Shown piece after piece: positions 27,668 through 36,503 of a stretch of 64,000 bases of DNA. Each line of letters begins with the position of its first letter. Positions within the stretch are counted from its first letter, which is position 1. The stretch lies in the IMG/VR virus record IMGVR_UViG_3300023213_000338. One strand, 5' to 3'. Both the position numbers and the translations under genes were made by a program. Source of the DNA: a virus. Lineage: Duplodnaviria > Heunggongvirae > Uroviricota > Caudoviricetes. The notes beneath the pieces were generated by a model. It was not told the DNA's origin. It made no database searches and saw only the letters and a program-made list of their open reading frames with translations.

Positions 27668-27967
27668 TCATTTATATTTGATATTTCCCTTATAATTAAA
27701 ATCTACTAATTCAAGTTGAGTATCAGAATAATTTATTTTGTATAGCCCTCTTACAGGTGGAACTTTATACTCATGAATATCTTTTAGTTGACCTTTCAAT
27801 TTTTTAACATGGGGATTTGCTGTAGTAGGTTCTTCTGTAACTGATTGTTCAAATTTATCAAATTTCTTCTTAAGAATTGCATCTGACTTATGATCCTTAA
27901 GCCATTCATCTTTGTGTTCTTTATTTATTACCCAAACTGGTTTAGTTGAAGAAGTTGCACTACCCAC
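27668..27967 (-). CDS. RelE/ParE-family toxin-like protein
   Basis: 99 aa. The C-terminal half KLKGQLKDIHEYKVPPVRGLYKINYSDTQLELVDFNYKG resembles RelE/ParE (..L.G....E.R.G.YRIIY.....V.VL.I.HR). It lies 3 nt downstream of a small partner ORF. Confidence 0.4.
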   Translation of the reverse strand: MGSATSSTKPVWVINKEHKDEWLKDHKSDAILKKKFDKFEQSVTEEPTTANPHVKKLKGQLKDIHEYKVPPVRGLYKINYSDTQLELVDFNYKGNIKYK

Positions 27968-27970
27968 AGG

Positions 27971-28225
27971 TTAATTTGATTTGGCAGTCCGACTTCTTAT
28001 CTCTTTTATCCTCTCCATTAGACGGTTATCGTTGAAAACTTCAATTGTATCTTCCCACGTATCTAATTCATTCTCTACCTTTTTTATCCCTCCAATAAAG
28101 AAAGCGAGTAATAAATCTTTTACAAGCTCAAATTTTTCCAGAAACTTTGTCTCTTGCCACAATTTTACTATTCTTTGCTTCTTTGATACCTTCTTGGTAT
28201 TTATCATACTGTTCTTTGAGAGCAT
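27971..28225 (-). CDS. putative antitoxin partner
   Basis: 84-aa ORF immediately upstream of, and co-oriented with, the toxin-like gene. Confidence 0.35.
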   Translation of the reverse strand: MLSKNSMINTKKVSKKQRIVKLWQETKFLEKFELVKDLLLAFFIGGIKKVENELDTWEDTIEVFNDNRLMERIKEIRSRTAKSN

Positions 28226-28282
28226 TTATTAGTGCTGGGATTAAGTCATTTGGCACTACTACCTCACATTGTAGTGGGATAT

Positions 28283-28666
28283 TTATTTCCTTCTTACCGT
28301 ATTTGTTCTTTTAGAACTTTTCCCAACTTGGTTCGTCTGTCGATTGTTTCTTTTTTTGTTTTTTTGACCCTTGGCCATGTTACGATTGACTGCATAAGAC
28401 CAAAATTCTACATTTGCCAACCATCCAGCAGGCGTTTCTTGTACTTTAATGGTTTTTCTATCTTTTTTAATATTGTACCCTGTCTTTATCTGTACAAATT
28501 TTACTTCATAATGCTCTCCGTGTCCACAGCTAGCTGGACGCACCGCTAAAACGTCAGCAACACCATGACTACCAGAGGCTCTAGTGCAGTAAAACCCCTC
28601 TTTTTCTAGCTGACGTTTCGCTTCGTATTCCCTTTGCCTACTTCTAACGTAGCCTGTATTGGGCAT
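28283..28666 (-). CDS. Hjc-like Holliday junction resolvase (PD-(D/E)xK)
   Basis: REYEAKRQLEKEGFYCTRASGSHGVADVLAVRPA...HYEVKFVQIK matches the archaeal Hjc pattern (ERELV..L...G..V.RA.GS....DI.A......IEVK). Confidence 0.5.
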   Translation of the reverse strand: MPNTGYVRSRQREYEAKRQLEKEGFYCTRASGSHGVADVLAVRPASCGHGEHYEVKFVQIKTGYNIKKDRKTIKVQETPAGWLANVEFWSYAVNRNMAKGQKNKKRNNRQTNQVGKSSKRTNTVRRK

Positions 28667-28707
28667 AGATATATTTTATATATCATGGAGAACACAGATT
28701 TGCAAGC

Positions 28708-29238
28708 TTAACGAGTTAATCTTTTCTCAACTTCTTTTACAGCTTCTTGGTCAATAACTTTTACCAACTCACTAAGTTGTTTATACTTTCTTTCCCAATA
28801 TTTAAGTTCTTGTAAGGCTGTTTCAAGAACTTGTCTCTTTAGTTCCTCATCGGAAAAAACTTTCTCTGCTGAAAAGTATGCTTTTATAGGTTCATTGTTA
28901 ATGATAACATTTGCACTAAAATAGGCATCTGTTTTTTTACCAACAAAGGTTACAGAAATCGTATTTATTACCGATCGAGCTTGAAACAAACGATGTTTAT
29001 TTGCTGCTACGGTATCATTCCAATCAAATAGAGGATGCAAGATGCTATCTTCAGCTCTTGCAGCTTGAACAACCATTAAGGGGGTTAAAATCCCATTGTT
29101 TTCTTGTTCTATCCTCTTTAATTCTTTTTTGATATCAGATTTTTTTACATATTGGCCATCTTCTCTAGTAAATCGATTTGCCAAAAATTCTTCTGAATAT
29201 TTTTGTTCTTTATTTTTTACTCTTTTTTGTTTTCTCAT
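28708..29238 (-). CDS. hypothetical protein
   Basis: 176-aa ORF. Confidence 0.5.
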   Translation of the reverse strand: MRKQKRVKNKEQKYSEEFLANRFTREDGQYVKKSDIKKELKRIEQENNGILTPLMVVQAARAEDSILHPLFDWNDTVAANKHRLFQARSVINTISVTFVGKKTDAYFSANVIINNEPIKAYFSAEKVFSDEELKRQVLETALQELKYWERKYKQLSELVKVIDQEAVKEVEKRLTR

Positions 29239-29279
29239 ATTATTTCACCTCCTTTTAACCTATTATCTCATCCATACCT

Positions 29280-29650
29280 ATTCCCTCCAGATCCTTCGCT
29301 ACGAATCCACTCCTATACTGCCTATCCTGATCCCTCCATACCTCAACTGAACGCTCTATAACGTAACAAACCCTACCTGTACTGCCAATCCCTACTGGAA
29401 CTCGCCACACCCCATCTGTCCCAACGCCCCACACCAGAACTTAACTGCCAATTCCTACCTAAACCGTTAATGCCAGAATACTCCCTCTCTACCCCTCCCT
29501 TATCCATGCAACCTGTTCAATCCTCACAGTTCCATACTACAACGGAACGTATCCATTTCCCACCAACCCTTACTGCCTTACCTATCCATTCCCTACGTTC
29601 CTGTCCATACCTGTCCCCTACAGCCAAAGTTTATAGATCAGGGGATGTTT
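29280..29650. repeat. G-depleted, C-rich noncoding island with four copies of an 'actgccNatNcctac' iteron-like motif
   Basis: About 370 bp with roughly 8% G on the + strand. The repeated copies are tatactgcctatcctg, ctgtactgccaatccctac, ttaactgccaattcctac and cttactgccttacctatcc. No ORF is present. Confidence 0.5.
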
Positions 29651-29675
29651 TTAAACACCCCCCAATCTATTTTTT

Positions 29676-30416
29676 TTAACGCGTAACTGTTTTTGCATTC
29701 GTTGCAATTTCAAACGTTCCATAGTCACCATTCTTCTCTGGTCTCCATTCTCCAAGTCCGCAAGAAAATCCTGCGGTTTGAAGCAAATTGAGTACCTGAC
29801 TGGCACTTAGAACATCTGCATTGAAGCGTACCAAAAACTCCATTGTCCAATCTTTAACTTGTCCTCTAAAACGTACGTCTGCTCCTCCTCCCATAACGCG
29901 TACCATATCTTCCCTAATTTCTACGATTCCAGGAAAGGCTGGATCAGTTCCGATAATAATATCGGATTTTGATTCTCCGTTATACATTTTAAGTTTTTTG
30001 GAAAGTTTGATTGGTTTTCTTTTATAAAGAAGCTTAATTAAGCCTTCTTCATCTCCTAACGTGAATACAGCACCTCTAATCAGAGTCATTGTAACCCCTT
30101 CAAGGTTTCTAACCGCACCAACCATCGCCTGTTTAATGTTTCCCGATGGAAATGCCAATTCTTCGTCTTTATCGTAATAAAAACTTGCTCGGAATTCTCC
30201 TTCTGGATCTCGAGGCGTTCTTTTATTAGCTTCAGGATCTTTCATCTGTTTTTTAAGAATCATTTCCTTAGCTTTTTGTGTCCACTTGTGGTAAATAATT
30301 GGACTTGTTCCAATAATCTCAACTTTCATAGTTTTGATATTTGGAGCTGGAATCTCAACTTTTACCTCCTTTTCTATTGGAGCTTTTTTCTTTGTAATAG
30401 CCATATTTTTATTCAC
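29676..30416 (-). CDS. hypothetical protein
   Basis: 246-aa ORF preceded by a GGAGG RBS. Confidence 0.55.
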   Translation of the reverse strand: MNKNMAITKKKAPIEKEVKVEIPAPNIKTMKVEIIGTSPIIYHKWTQKAKEMILKKQMKDPEANKRTPRDPEGEFRASFYYDKDEELAFPSGNIKQAMVGAVRNLEGVTMTLIRGAVFTLGDEEGLIKLLYKRKPIKLSKKLKMYNGESKSDIIIGTDPAFPGIVEIREDMVRVMGGGADVRFRGQVKDWTMEFLVRFNADVLSASQVLNLLQTAGFSCGLGEWRPEKNGDYGTFEIATNAKTVTR

Positions 30417-30460
30417 CTCCCTTCATCATCTTCTGTTTTCTCAATTTTTAAATAAAAATA

Positions 30461-30763
30461 TTAATTAATTTGTGATTTTTTTAAATCAGACCAACGATAT
30501 TCCCTTTTGATTAACTTTTTAATCTCTTCAGCTTCTTTTCTGGAATATTTTCTCCATCCTCCTTTTGGACTTCTCTCCCCCATCGGAAAATTTAATTCAT
30601 ACGATTTGCGATAGAATGTTGGTCTACTAATTGTATTGCCAGTTTCTAAAAGCAATTCTTCAATTATTTGTCCTGGCCCGATAAATGGCAACTTTCTTTT
30701 CATATCATCTCTCACCTCCATAACTTTGTTTTGGGGCAAATTTACTCTCATTCGGAGCGTCAA
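30461..30763 (-). CDS. small DNA-binding-like protein (putative HTH)
   Basis: 100-aa ORF, basic, with a helix-turn-helix-like segment GNTISRPTFYRKSYELNFP. Confidence 0.35.
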   Translation of the reverse strand: MTLRMRVNLPQNKVMEVRDDMKRKLPFIGPGQIIEELLLETGNTISRPTFYRKSYELNFPMGERSPKGGWRKYSRKEAEEIKKLIKREYRWSDLKKSQIN

Positions 30764-31091
30764 GTTTTGTTGTCTTATTGGTAGTCTTATCGAATTTTTC
30801 CCACTGTTTCCAATAATAAGCTTCTGATCCAGAAGTTGTAGCTCCTAATTGGGAATAGGCACTACAATCCTTACAACGGATCTTAATATATAAAAAGTTC
30901 TTTTCTTTCGTTCGGTAAGAGGTTAATAGAAGACTCTTACTTGCACAGAAACCACAAGCCTCTGGAAGATTACCTTTTTTTGAGGAATCGGTAAACCTAC
31001 TTGCTTTTTCTAATGCATCTCTTTCATCCGATCCCTCAACTTCAAATTGAAGCATGCTATCTCCTACTCGTCTTGAAACAATAATTTTCAT
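30705..31091 (-). CDS. zinc-ribbon protein
   Basis: 128 aa with CGFCASK...CKDCSAY cysteine pairs. Confidence 0.4.
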   Translation of the reverse strand: MKIIVSRRVGDSMLQFEVEGSDERDALEKASRFTDSSKKGNLPEACGFCASKSLLLTSYRTKEKNFLYIKIRCKDCSAYSQLGATTSGSEAYYWKQWEKFDKTTNKTTKLDAPNESKFAPKQSYGGER

Positions 31092-31095
31092 ATTT

Positions 31096-31302
31096 CTATC
31101 TATTAATTAAATAATGAATCTTTTCATCGTCGCACGGACAACGTTGAAGCCAAGTGCGACAATAACAACACCTAACGCACCCTTTACAACAACCTCTAGG
31201 CAAACAAAAACAACATCTACTGCCCTTTTTACCTAAGCACTTAATTTTAACTTTTGTTATTGGCTTGGGTCTTTTTTTGATAATTTTTTTCATAGAAAAC
31301 AA
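31096..31302 (-). CDS. cysteine-rich microprotein (about 15 Cys in 68 aa)
   Basis: CLGKKGSRCCFCLPRGCCKGCVRCCYCRTWLQRCPCDDEK. Confidence 0.4.
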   Translation of the reverse strand: MFSMKKIIKKRPKPITKVKIKCLGKKGSRCCFCLPRGCCKGCVRCCYCRTWLQRCPCDDEKIHYLINR

Positions 31303-31522
31303 TATTCTAATTTTATCTCATCAAAATTTACGCTTGCATATTGATACCACGTTTCATCTATTTCAAAATTATGTTGGATATGTCTAAAAGCAAACCAATC
31401 CATTAGCTTTGTTTTTTTTCTATGGCATTTCATGCATAAAGTTTGCCCATTAGAGATTTCATATCTTAATTAAGGATTTTCTCCAAAATTCCTTACTACA
31501 GCTTTTATTATTACAAATATAT

Positions 31523-32242
31523 TTATTTACCATATTTTTTTAAAACTTTATATGCTTCAAAAAATGTTAAAAAATCATTAAAGTCTGCTTTTGCTTCTAC
31601 GACAGAATAACCTCCATCATCCCTAAAATGAACTAAATAAGCGGTATCAAACTTAGGCATTTCTACTATAGTTCTATTGGGTAAAACAATGTGAGTACAA
31701 TTCAAATAAGCAATTTGTTGTAGATGATGATCGAAATATAAGTCTTTACCTGTTTTCCAGTCATAAATACTATCGGATGCAAAATCACAAGTACCAGCAT
31801 ATCCATATTTAAGATTAAAAACTGTAAATTCTACTAATGGAAATTCGTTTATGATTTTAGGTTTTATTTTTTCTTTATTAAGAAAATTACGAGCTGATTC
31901 TAAAAATGGAGCATCTATGTCTAATAAGCTAACAGGAGCAGAGCCAGTTTTTAAATAAGATTCAATTAAAGAGTGGATTCTTTTACCCTTATCAGTTGCT
32001 ATATCTCTTTTTCTATAAGGAGCACGTAATGCTTCTTCCATATTAATTCCATCTTCTATCCTTTCAAAAATAGCTTTTGCCGTTTCTCTTTGAGCCCAAT
32101 AAATTAATTCTTTTTTTGGAATTGCTGTCCCTAAAATACTGGTTACAGAAGGAAGAATTAATTTTTCTCCCTCCATCTCAATGTAGTAGTTTGTGTCTCT
32201 TTTTACTGGAATTGATTTAGCTCTAGCTATAGGAGTAGGCAT
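31523..32242 (-). CDS. PD-(D/E)xK nuclease (RecB/Cas4-like exonuclease fold)
   Basis: N-terminal LPSVTSILG is followed by GTCDFASDSIYDWKTGKD (D...D/ExK) and QIAYL, which resembles the RecB-family QxxxY motif. Confidence 0.45.
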   Translation of the reverse strand: MPTPIARAKSIPVKRDTNYYIEMEGEKLILPSVTSILGTAIPKKELIYWAQRETAKAIFERIEDGINMEEALRAPYRKRDIATDKGKRIHSLIESYLKTGSAPVSLLDIDAPFLESARNFLNKEKIKPKIINEFPLVEFTVFNLKYGYAGTCDFASDSIYDWKTGKDLYFDHHLQQIAYLNCTHIVLPNRTIVEMPKFDTAYLVHFRDDGGYSVVEAKADFNDFLTFFEAYKVLKKYGK

Positions 32243-32253
32243 AATTTATCTAT

Positions 32254-32282
32254 ATTATATCATATATATCAATATCTTTCAA
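32254..32282 (-). promoter_or_regulatory. minus-strand sigma70-type promoter (TTGAAA-N17-TATAAT)
   Basis: Reverse complement reads TTGAAAgatattgatatatatgaTATAAT. It lies upstream of gene 31523-32242. Confidence 0.45.
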
Positions 32283-32967
32283 CACTAGCCTTGATCTGAG
32301 CTTTAATAAGTTGGTTAATAACATTTTTACACTCTTTAACAACCTCTTCTTTTGTCCACCGATGGGGTTCTTCTCCAAATATATTAGATATACGTCGCAT
32401 GCTTAAGAATAAATCAGATTCTATTTTATAAAGATCGGGATCAGTAAGTTTTAATTCTTCCAAAGCTTCTAGGTCGCATATCTGATCTGTTCCATGTCCA
32501 TAGTCCCATCCAATCCATGAGCCTTCTGCAAATCCTTGACGATCAGCAACTCTTATAACATCTTTTTTACCAACAATCTTTGAGAAAGTTAATTCTCCGT
32601 GAACCTGAATTGGTATTTCCTCATAGCCATTATGTATATACCATCGGTTGGATTTGGGTTTTGGCTTAGTAAAAAGTTCACCTTTTTTTTCAGCCTCCTT
32701 TTTCTCTTGTTTCCATACAGATAAACCTAAATCATGCCATCTGAGTTTTTTCATAAATATTTGGTAAGGATGATTGTCTGGAAGCCTAACATAGCCACAA
32801 TAAAAAGCTACTCCACTTTTTCTTTTCCTACCCCGTTGTTCTTCTACTATTTGATGGTAATAGGCAATATAAGGAATTCCTTTATAAACTCCATGAACGG
32901 TTTTAGTTGTCTTTTTCCTCAACTTTGGATGAGGTATCCTCTTTTGGTTTATCATCAAAATATGCAC
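32269..32967 (-). CDS. hypothetical protein
   Basis: 232-aa ORF. Confidence 0.5.
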   Translation of the reverse strand: MHILMINQKRIPHPKLRKKTTKTVHGVYKGIPYIAYYHQIVEEQRGRKRKSGVAFYCGYVRLPDNHPYQIFMKKLRWHDLGLSVWKQEKKEAEKKGELFTKPKPKSNRWYIHNGYEEIPIQVHGELTFSKIVGKKDVIRVADRQGFAEGSWIGWDYGHGTDQICDLEALEELKLTDPDLYKIESDLFLSMRRISNIFGEEPHRWTKEEVVKECKNVINQLIKAQIKASVERY

Positions 32968-33619
32968 TTGCGTACCCTACGAAAAAAAGCTCTAAAATAT
33001 TATTATTCAAAGTTGTATCTTTGGATAAGGCTGAACCTTTTTGCTTTCGTCCTGCATATATAAAATAAGGGTTAAGACCTAGAATTATTTTTTTGTTTGG
33101 AGTTCGCGTAACCTTAAATATCGCCTGATTGAATCTTTTATCTATTGTAGTTCCACAGATTGCCATAATTTCTTCTTTGTTTTTAAGATCATGTACAGCC
33201 ATGTTGGGATTATTAAGAAATTCTTTTTCTTCTTGAGTCCCCTTCTGAACAGAAGCCATCCATGCTTCAGCTGCCATAAAACACATTGTAGGAAGAAAAT
33301 CTTTCTTTTCTGTAGCCATTTTTTTACCAATTGTAAAAATAATTTTATTTTTTGCTATTGCAAAGTTTTTCTCTCCCCTAGAAGCTTCTGCTAAATCAAT
33401 AGCGTATCCAACATCTTTCTTATTTTCTATACCACATATCAGAAGCATAGGATTGAATCCATTCACTTCATTTTCATTAAAATAAGCTTGAAGAGCTTTT
33501 GCTTGAACATCAAGTTCTTTATCAAATTTTTTACTTGAAAGAATTCCTTCGGCTGCACTTTTAATCTCTTTTTTTATTGTTAGTTGATTAAGTTTAACTT
33601 TGTAGGGCTTAATTTTCAT
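32903..33619 (-). CDS. hypothetical protein
   Basis: 238-aa ORF overlapping the previous gene by 65 nt. The true start may be internal. Confidence 0.45.
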   Translation of the reverse strand: MKIKPYKVKLNQLTIKKEIKSAAEGILSSKKFDKELDVQAKALQAYFNENEVNGFNPMLLICGIENKKDVGYAIDLAEASRGEKNFAIAKNKIIFTIGKKMATEKKDFLPTMCFMAAEAWMASVQKGTQEEKEFLNNPNMAVHDLKNKEEIMAICGTTIDKRFNQAIFKVTRTPNKKIILGLNPYFIYAGRKQKGSALSKDTTLNNNILELFFVGYASAYFDDKPKEDTSSKVEEKDN

Positions 33620-33630
33620 TTGTTATCTAT

Positions 33631-33659
33631 ATTATACAATATTTATCAGTGAAAGTCAA
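33631..33659 (-). promoter_or_regulatory. minus-strand sigma70-type promoter (TTGACT-N17-TATAAT)
   Basis: Reverse complement reads cacTTGACTttcactgataaatattgTATAATa. Confidence 0.55.
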
Positions 33660-33696
33660 GTGTTTATGTGCGTTGCAGACGCACCCCTGAGACAGA

Positions 33697-34506
33697 TTAT
33701 TTTGTTAAATTCAAGAACGGTATCGGAGTTCCTGCTCCCAAATAAGTTGGTAGCTCTCCATTCCATTTTTCTATAGAGAGTTTTTGTAAAATCTCTGAAG
33801 TAAGCGTCTGTTGCAAAAGCTTTTGGGCATCTGCTTGACCCTGAGCTGTAGCAACTGTTGCTTGAGCGTTTGCTTGGGCTGTTTTAACTTCATTTTCAGC
33901 TGCAATAGCATGCTGGTTTGCAACTTGAGCGTCCTCAATCGCTTGATTAAATTTATCTGAGAAATTAATATTTGTTATTGACAGATTGTCTATCACAACA
34001 TAATATTGTTTCATTTTTGTTTGTAAAACATTTAAAGCCGTAGTTGCAACATTATCTCTGTTTTTTTGAACATCTAAAGCTACATATTTTGAGACGGCAG
34101 CTTTAATAGAGTCTTTTGTATTATTATCTAAAACATTTGTTGCAATTGCATCTATATCTCCTACCCGTTGATAGATTTTATTAACTTCTCCTGCGTTTAG
34201 ATGCCAATTAACAGAAACTTTAATATCAACCTGTTGGGAATCTGAAGTTCCTGCACTATCTGCTCCTGTTTCAGCGTAGGTGCTGATTTGAGTTCTGACT
34301 GGCATGATAACAACATTTTCTATAAGAGGAACTCTAAAATGAACTCCTTCTCCCAAGATTCTGTTTTCAACTCCTGTAGTATTATTAAATACAACTCCTC
34401 TTTCACCTGCTCCTACAACTACAATTGGGAAAAAGGCTATAATAATTATTATTGCTATAAAAAGAGCAATTCCTACGATAATTAATCGCTGTTTGTTTTG
34501 ATTCAT
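33697..34506 (-). CDS. SPFH/band-7 (stomatin/prohibitin/HflK-C-like) membrane protein
   Basis: An N-terminal TM helix precedes VVVGAGERGVVFNNTTGV...HFRVPLIENVVIMPVRTQ (the SPFH core). The C-terminus is an Ala/Gln-rich coiled coil. Confidence 0.7.
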   Translation of the reverse strand: MNQNKQRLIIVGIALFIAIIIIIAFFPIVVVGAGERGVVFNNTTGVENRILGEGVHFRVPLIENVVIMPVRTQISTYAETGADSAGTSDSQQVDIKVSVNWHLNAGEVNKIYQRVGDIDAIATNVLDNNTKDSIKAAVSKYVALDVQKNRDNVATTALNVLQTKMKQYYVVIDNLSITNINFSDKFNQAIEDAQVANQHAIAAENEVKTAQANAQATVATAQGQADAQKLLQQTLTSEILQKLSIEKWNGELPTYLGAGTPIPFLNLTK

Positions 34507-34646
34507 TTATTTTCTCACCTCCCTCTTTTTTTTCTATGTTTAGGTTTTTTAATTTGAAAATCGTTGAGTGCGATAATTATAATTACAACACAGGCTACCA
34601 ACACAAGAAATAAGAAAAAATCTAGAGTGTAAAATCTTATCATTTT

Positions 34647-34958
34647 TTATTTTAATTTTATAAATTCATCCATTGCAGCTTTTTGCAAAGATTCATCTAC
34701 GAGAAACTCCATGCTATAAACAACAACATTTTCTGGGTGGATTAGATTAAATAATCGCTTAGTGGAAATAAAACATTTCTTTTTATAGCTATATTTAATA
34801 GGAATAATTTTAATTTCATCTTTTATTACGCTTGAAACCATAGCAAAGGTCATATTTGCAGAATTGCCTTCTCTGATAGCTCTCAAAAGAAAATCTCCTT
34901 TTTTAATTTTGTTTCCTACACAATCATTTGCCATGTTCTTTAAATTCTCCTTCATCAT
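34647..34958 (-). CDS. hypothetical protein
   Basis: 103-aa ORF. Confidence 0.4.
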   Translation of the reverse strand: MMKENLKNMANDCVGNKIKKGDFLLRAIREGNSANMTFAMVSSVIKDEIKIIPIKYSYKKKCFISTKRLFNLIHPENVVVYSMEFLVDESLQKAAMDEFIKLK

Positions 34959-35115
34959 ATTGAGAAACAGCTCTTATAAGTTGTTTCTGCATATTTTTAT
35001 GATTTCTATAAGATAAAGTTCTATGAATAATTGTAATATTATAAGGATATTTTGTTGCAAACCATGCATCCCTAACGAATAAAGGAAGACTCAGTAAGAA
35101 GCGAACTATCCTCAT
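34924..35115 (-). CDS. hypothetical small protein
   Basis: 63-aa ORF. Confidence 0.3.
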   Translation of the reverse strand: MRIVRFLLSLPLFVRDAWFATKYPYNITIIHRTLSYRNHKNMQKQLIRAVSQYDEGEFKEHGK

Positions 35116-35192
35116 ATTCTGTTTCCTAGAACTTCTTTAAGCTCGTAAAGCCTGTCCAACCTTACGAGCTTGACAAATTTCTAAAAAAAAGT

Positions 35193-35840
35193 TCATATGA
35201 TTTTGTCAACCAAATTCAATTCCAAAGCCTCTTTTGCGGTTAACCAACAATCCTTTTTTTTAATAAGAGATAGAATTTTAGCTTTACTCATTCCAGACCG
35301 TAGAGCCAAAATGCTAACCAATTGTTCATTAAGCTTTTTAAGTTCTATGGTCTTATCTTCCGCATCCGAGGCAGTATCGATTCCAAAGTTAAAATTTGAA
35401 ACCTCGTGGATAAGAATTTTCGCATTTTGAGCTATATGTCTTTCATCTCCAGCTTGAAGAATAATCGCTCCCATTGAAGCTGCATAACCCTTAGTCTCAA
35501 TGGTAATATAGCCTCCCTGTTTTTTATATTCTGACAATGCATCATAAACAGCAAGGCCATCAAAAACATTTCCTCCTGGAGAGGTTAAAATAAGCCTAAG
35601 TTTTTTAATTTCTCTATTTAGAAGCTCATATATCTGAAGAAAAACTTCTTCTCCTGAACCTTGTCCTATTTCATCGTCAAGATAAATAATTCCCCTAGAC
35701 AGAAGTTGCATTCTCAGAAATCCAAAATAATCTAGTTGAAGATTGGGAATAGTTTGAATAGAACGAATTGAGGGACGATTCCTTTTAAGTATTTTACTAT
35801 GAATGATTTTGTCTGCATCTGAGTGTATTCCTTTTCTCAT
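35193..35840 (-). CDS. ClpP-family (S14) serine peptidase
   Basis: LILTSPGGNVFDGLAVYDAL, GYAASMGAIIL (catalytic Ser) and AKILIHEVS (catalytic His) align with ClpP. Confidence 0.75.
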   Translation of the reverse strand: MRKGIHSDADKIIHSKILKRNRPSIRSIQTIPNLQLDYFGFLRMQLLSRGIIYLDDEIGQGSGEEVFLQIYELLNREIKKLRLILTSPGGNVFDGLAVYDALSEYKKQGGYITIETKGYAASMGAIILQAGDERHIAQNAKILIHEVSNFNFGIDTASDAEDKTIELKKLNEQLVSILALRSGMSKAKILSLIKKKDCWLTAKEALELNLVDKII

Positions 35841-35844
35841 TAAC

Positions 35845-36441
35845 TTAATTAAACCTCTTTCTTAAAAATTCTGCAACTGTATTATTTTTCAACTTATCAT
35901 TTTCTACTTTCAAAGCTTCATTTTCCACTTTAAGTCTATTAATAACTTCTTGTAATTCTAAATTTTTTTCGTTCACTTTTTTTACAGCACTATCAAGAAG
36001 CTGTTGCGAACCTTTTCCAATAAGCTTACCTAAAGAATACATAAATTCTTTCTGAAATTCTACAAATGGATCTTCTTCTTTTTCAGTAGAAGCAATAGGA
36101 GTTTCTGGTTCATGTACAATAGCTTCTCCAGAGGATGCTTGGGATTCACGAGGATGCTCTACGGAAGGTAAAGACTCTTTAGTTGGATCAATTCCTTTTG
36201 CTATATATTCTTTAACAATTGGAATAGCTTTTGAATAAACGTTTCTTTGTCGCTTTTTACTGCGATTTTCAAGCGGAATATCCCAATAATACCTATTAAT
36301 ACTCCAAATGCAATAATATACAGCACGCTTCTCTAAAGATAGTTTTTGTGCAATCTGATTTCCTGATAATGATGAGGTTTTATGAAGATATAGAATTTTA
36401 ATAATTTCTTCGAGGGTAAAAAGATTATGGGTAATTTTCAT
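35845..36441 (-). CDS. hypothetical protein with C-terminal coiled coil (start trimmed to the internal Met downstream of the promoter)
   Basis: The ORF extends to 36519, but a consensus promoter at 36461-36489 lies inside that extension. MKITHNL at 36441 is the likely start. Confidence 0.45.
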   Translation of the reverse strand: MKITHNLFTLEEIIKILYLHKTSSLSGNQIAQKLSLEKRAVYYCIWSINRYYWDIPLENRSKKRQRNVYSKAIPIVKEYIAKGIDPTKESLPSVEHPRESQASSGEAIVHEPETPIASTEKEEDPFVEFQKEFMYSLGKLIGKGSQQLLDSAVKKVNEKNLELQEVINRLKVENEALKVENDKLKNNTVAEFLRKRFN

Positions 36442-36460
36442 TTCTGTTTTCTTGAGTTTA

Positions 36461-36489
36461 ATTATACAATATTTATTGATAATTGTCAA
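36461..36489 (-). promoter_or_regulatory. minus-strand sigma70-type promoter (TTGACA-N17-TATAAT)
   Basis: Reverse complement reads cTTGACAattatcaataaatattgTATAATt. Confidence 0.5.
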
Positions 36490-36503
36490 GATAGAAATTA
36501 GAT

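Noticed and set aside
35193-35840. Calling the ClpP-like gene the prohead maturation protease.
   Set aside because: It lies on the opposite strand, about 10-20 kb from the structural genes, with no adjacent portal, scaffold or capsid gene in the window. The role is left open.
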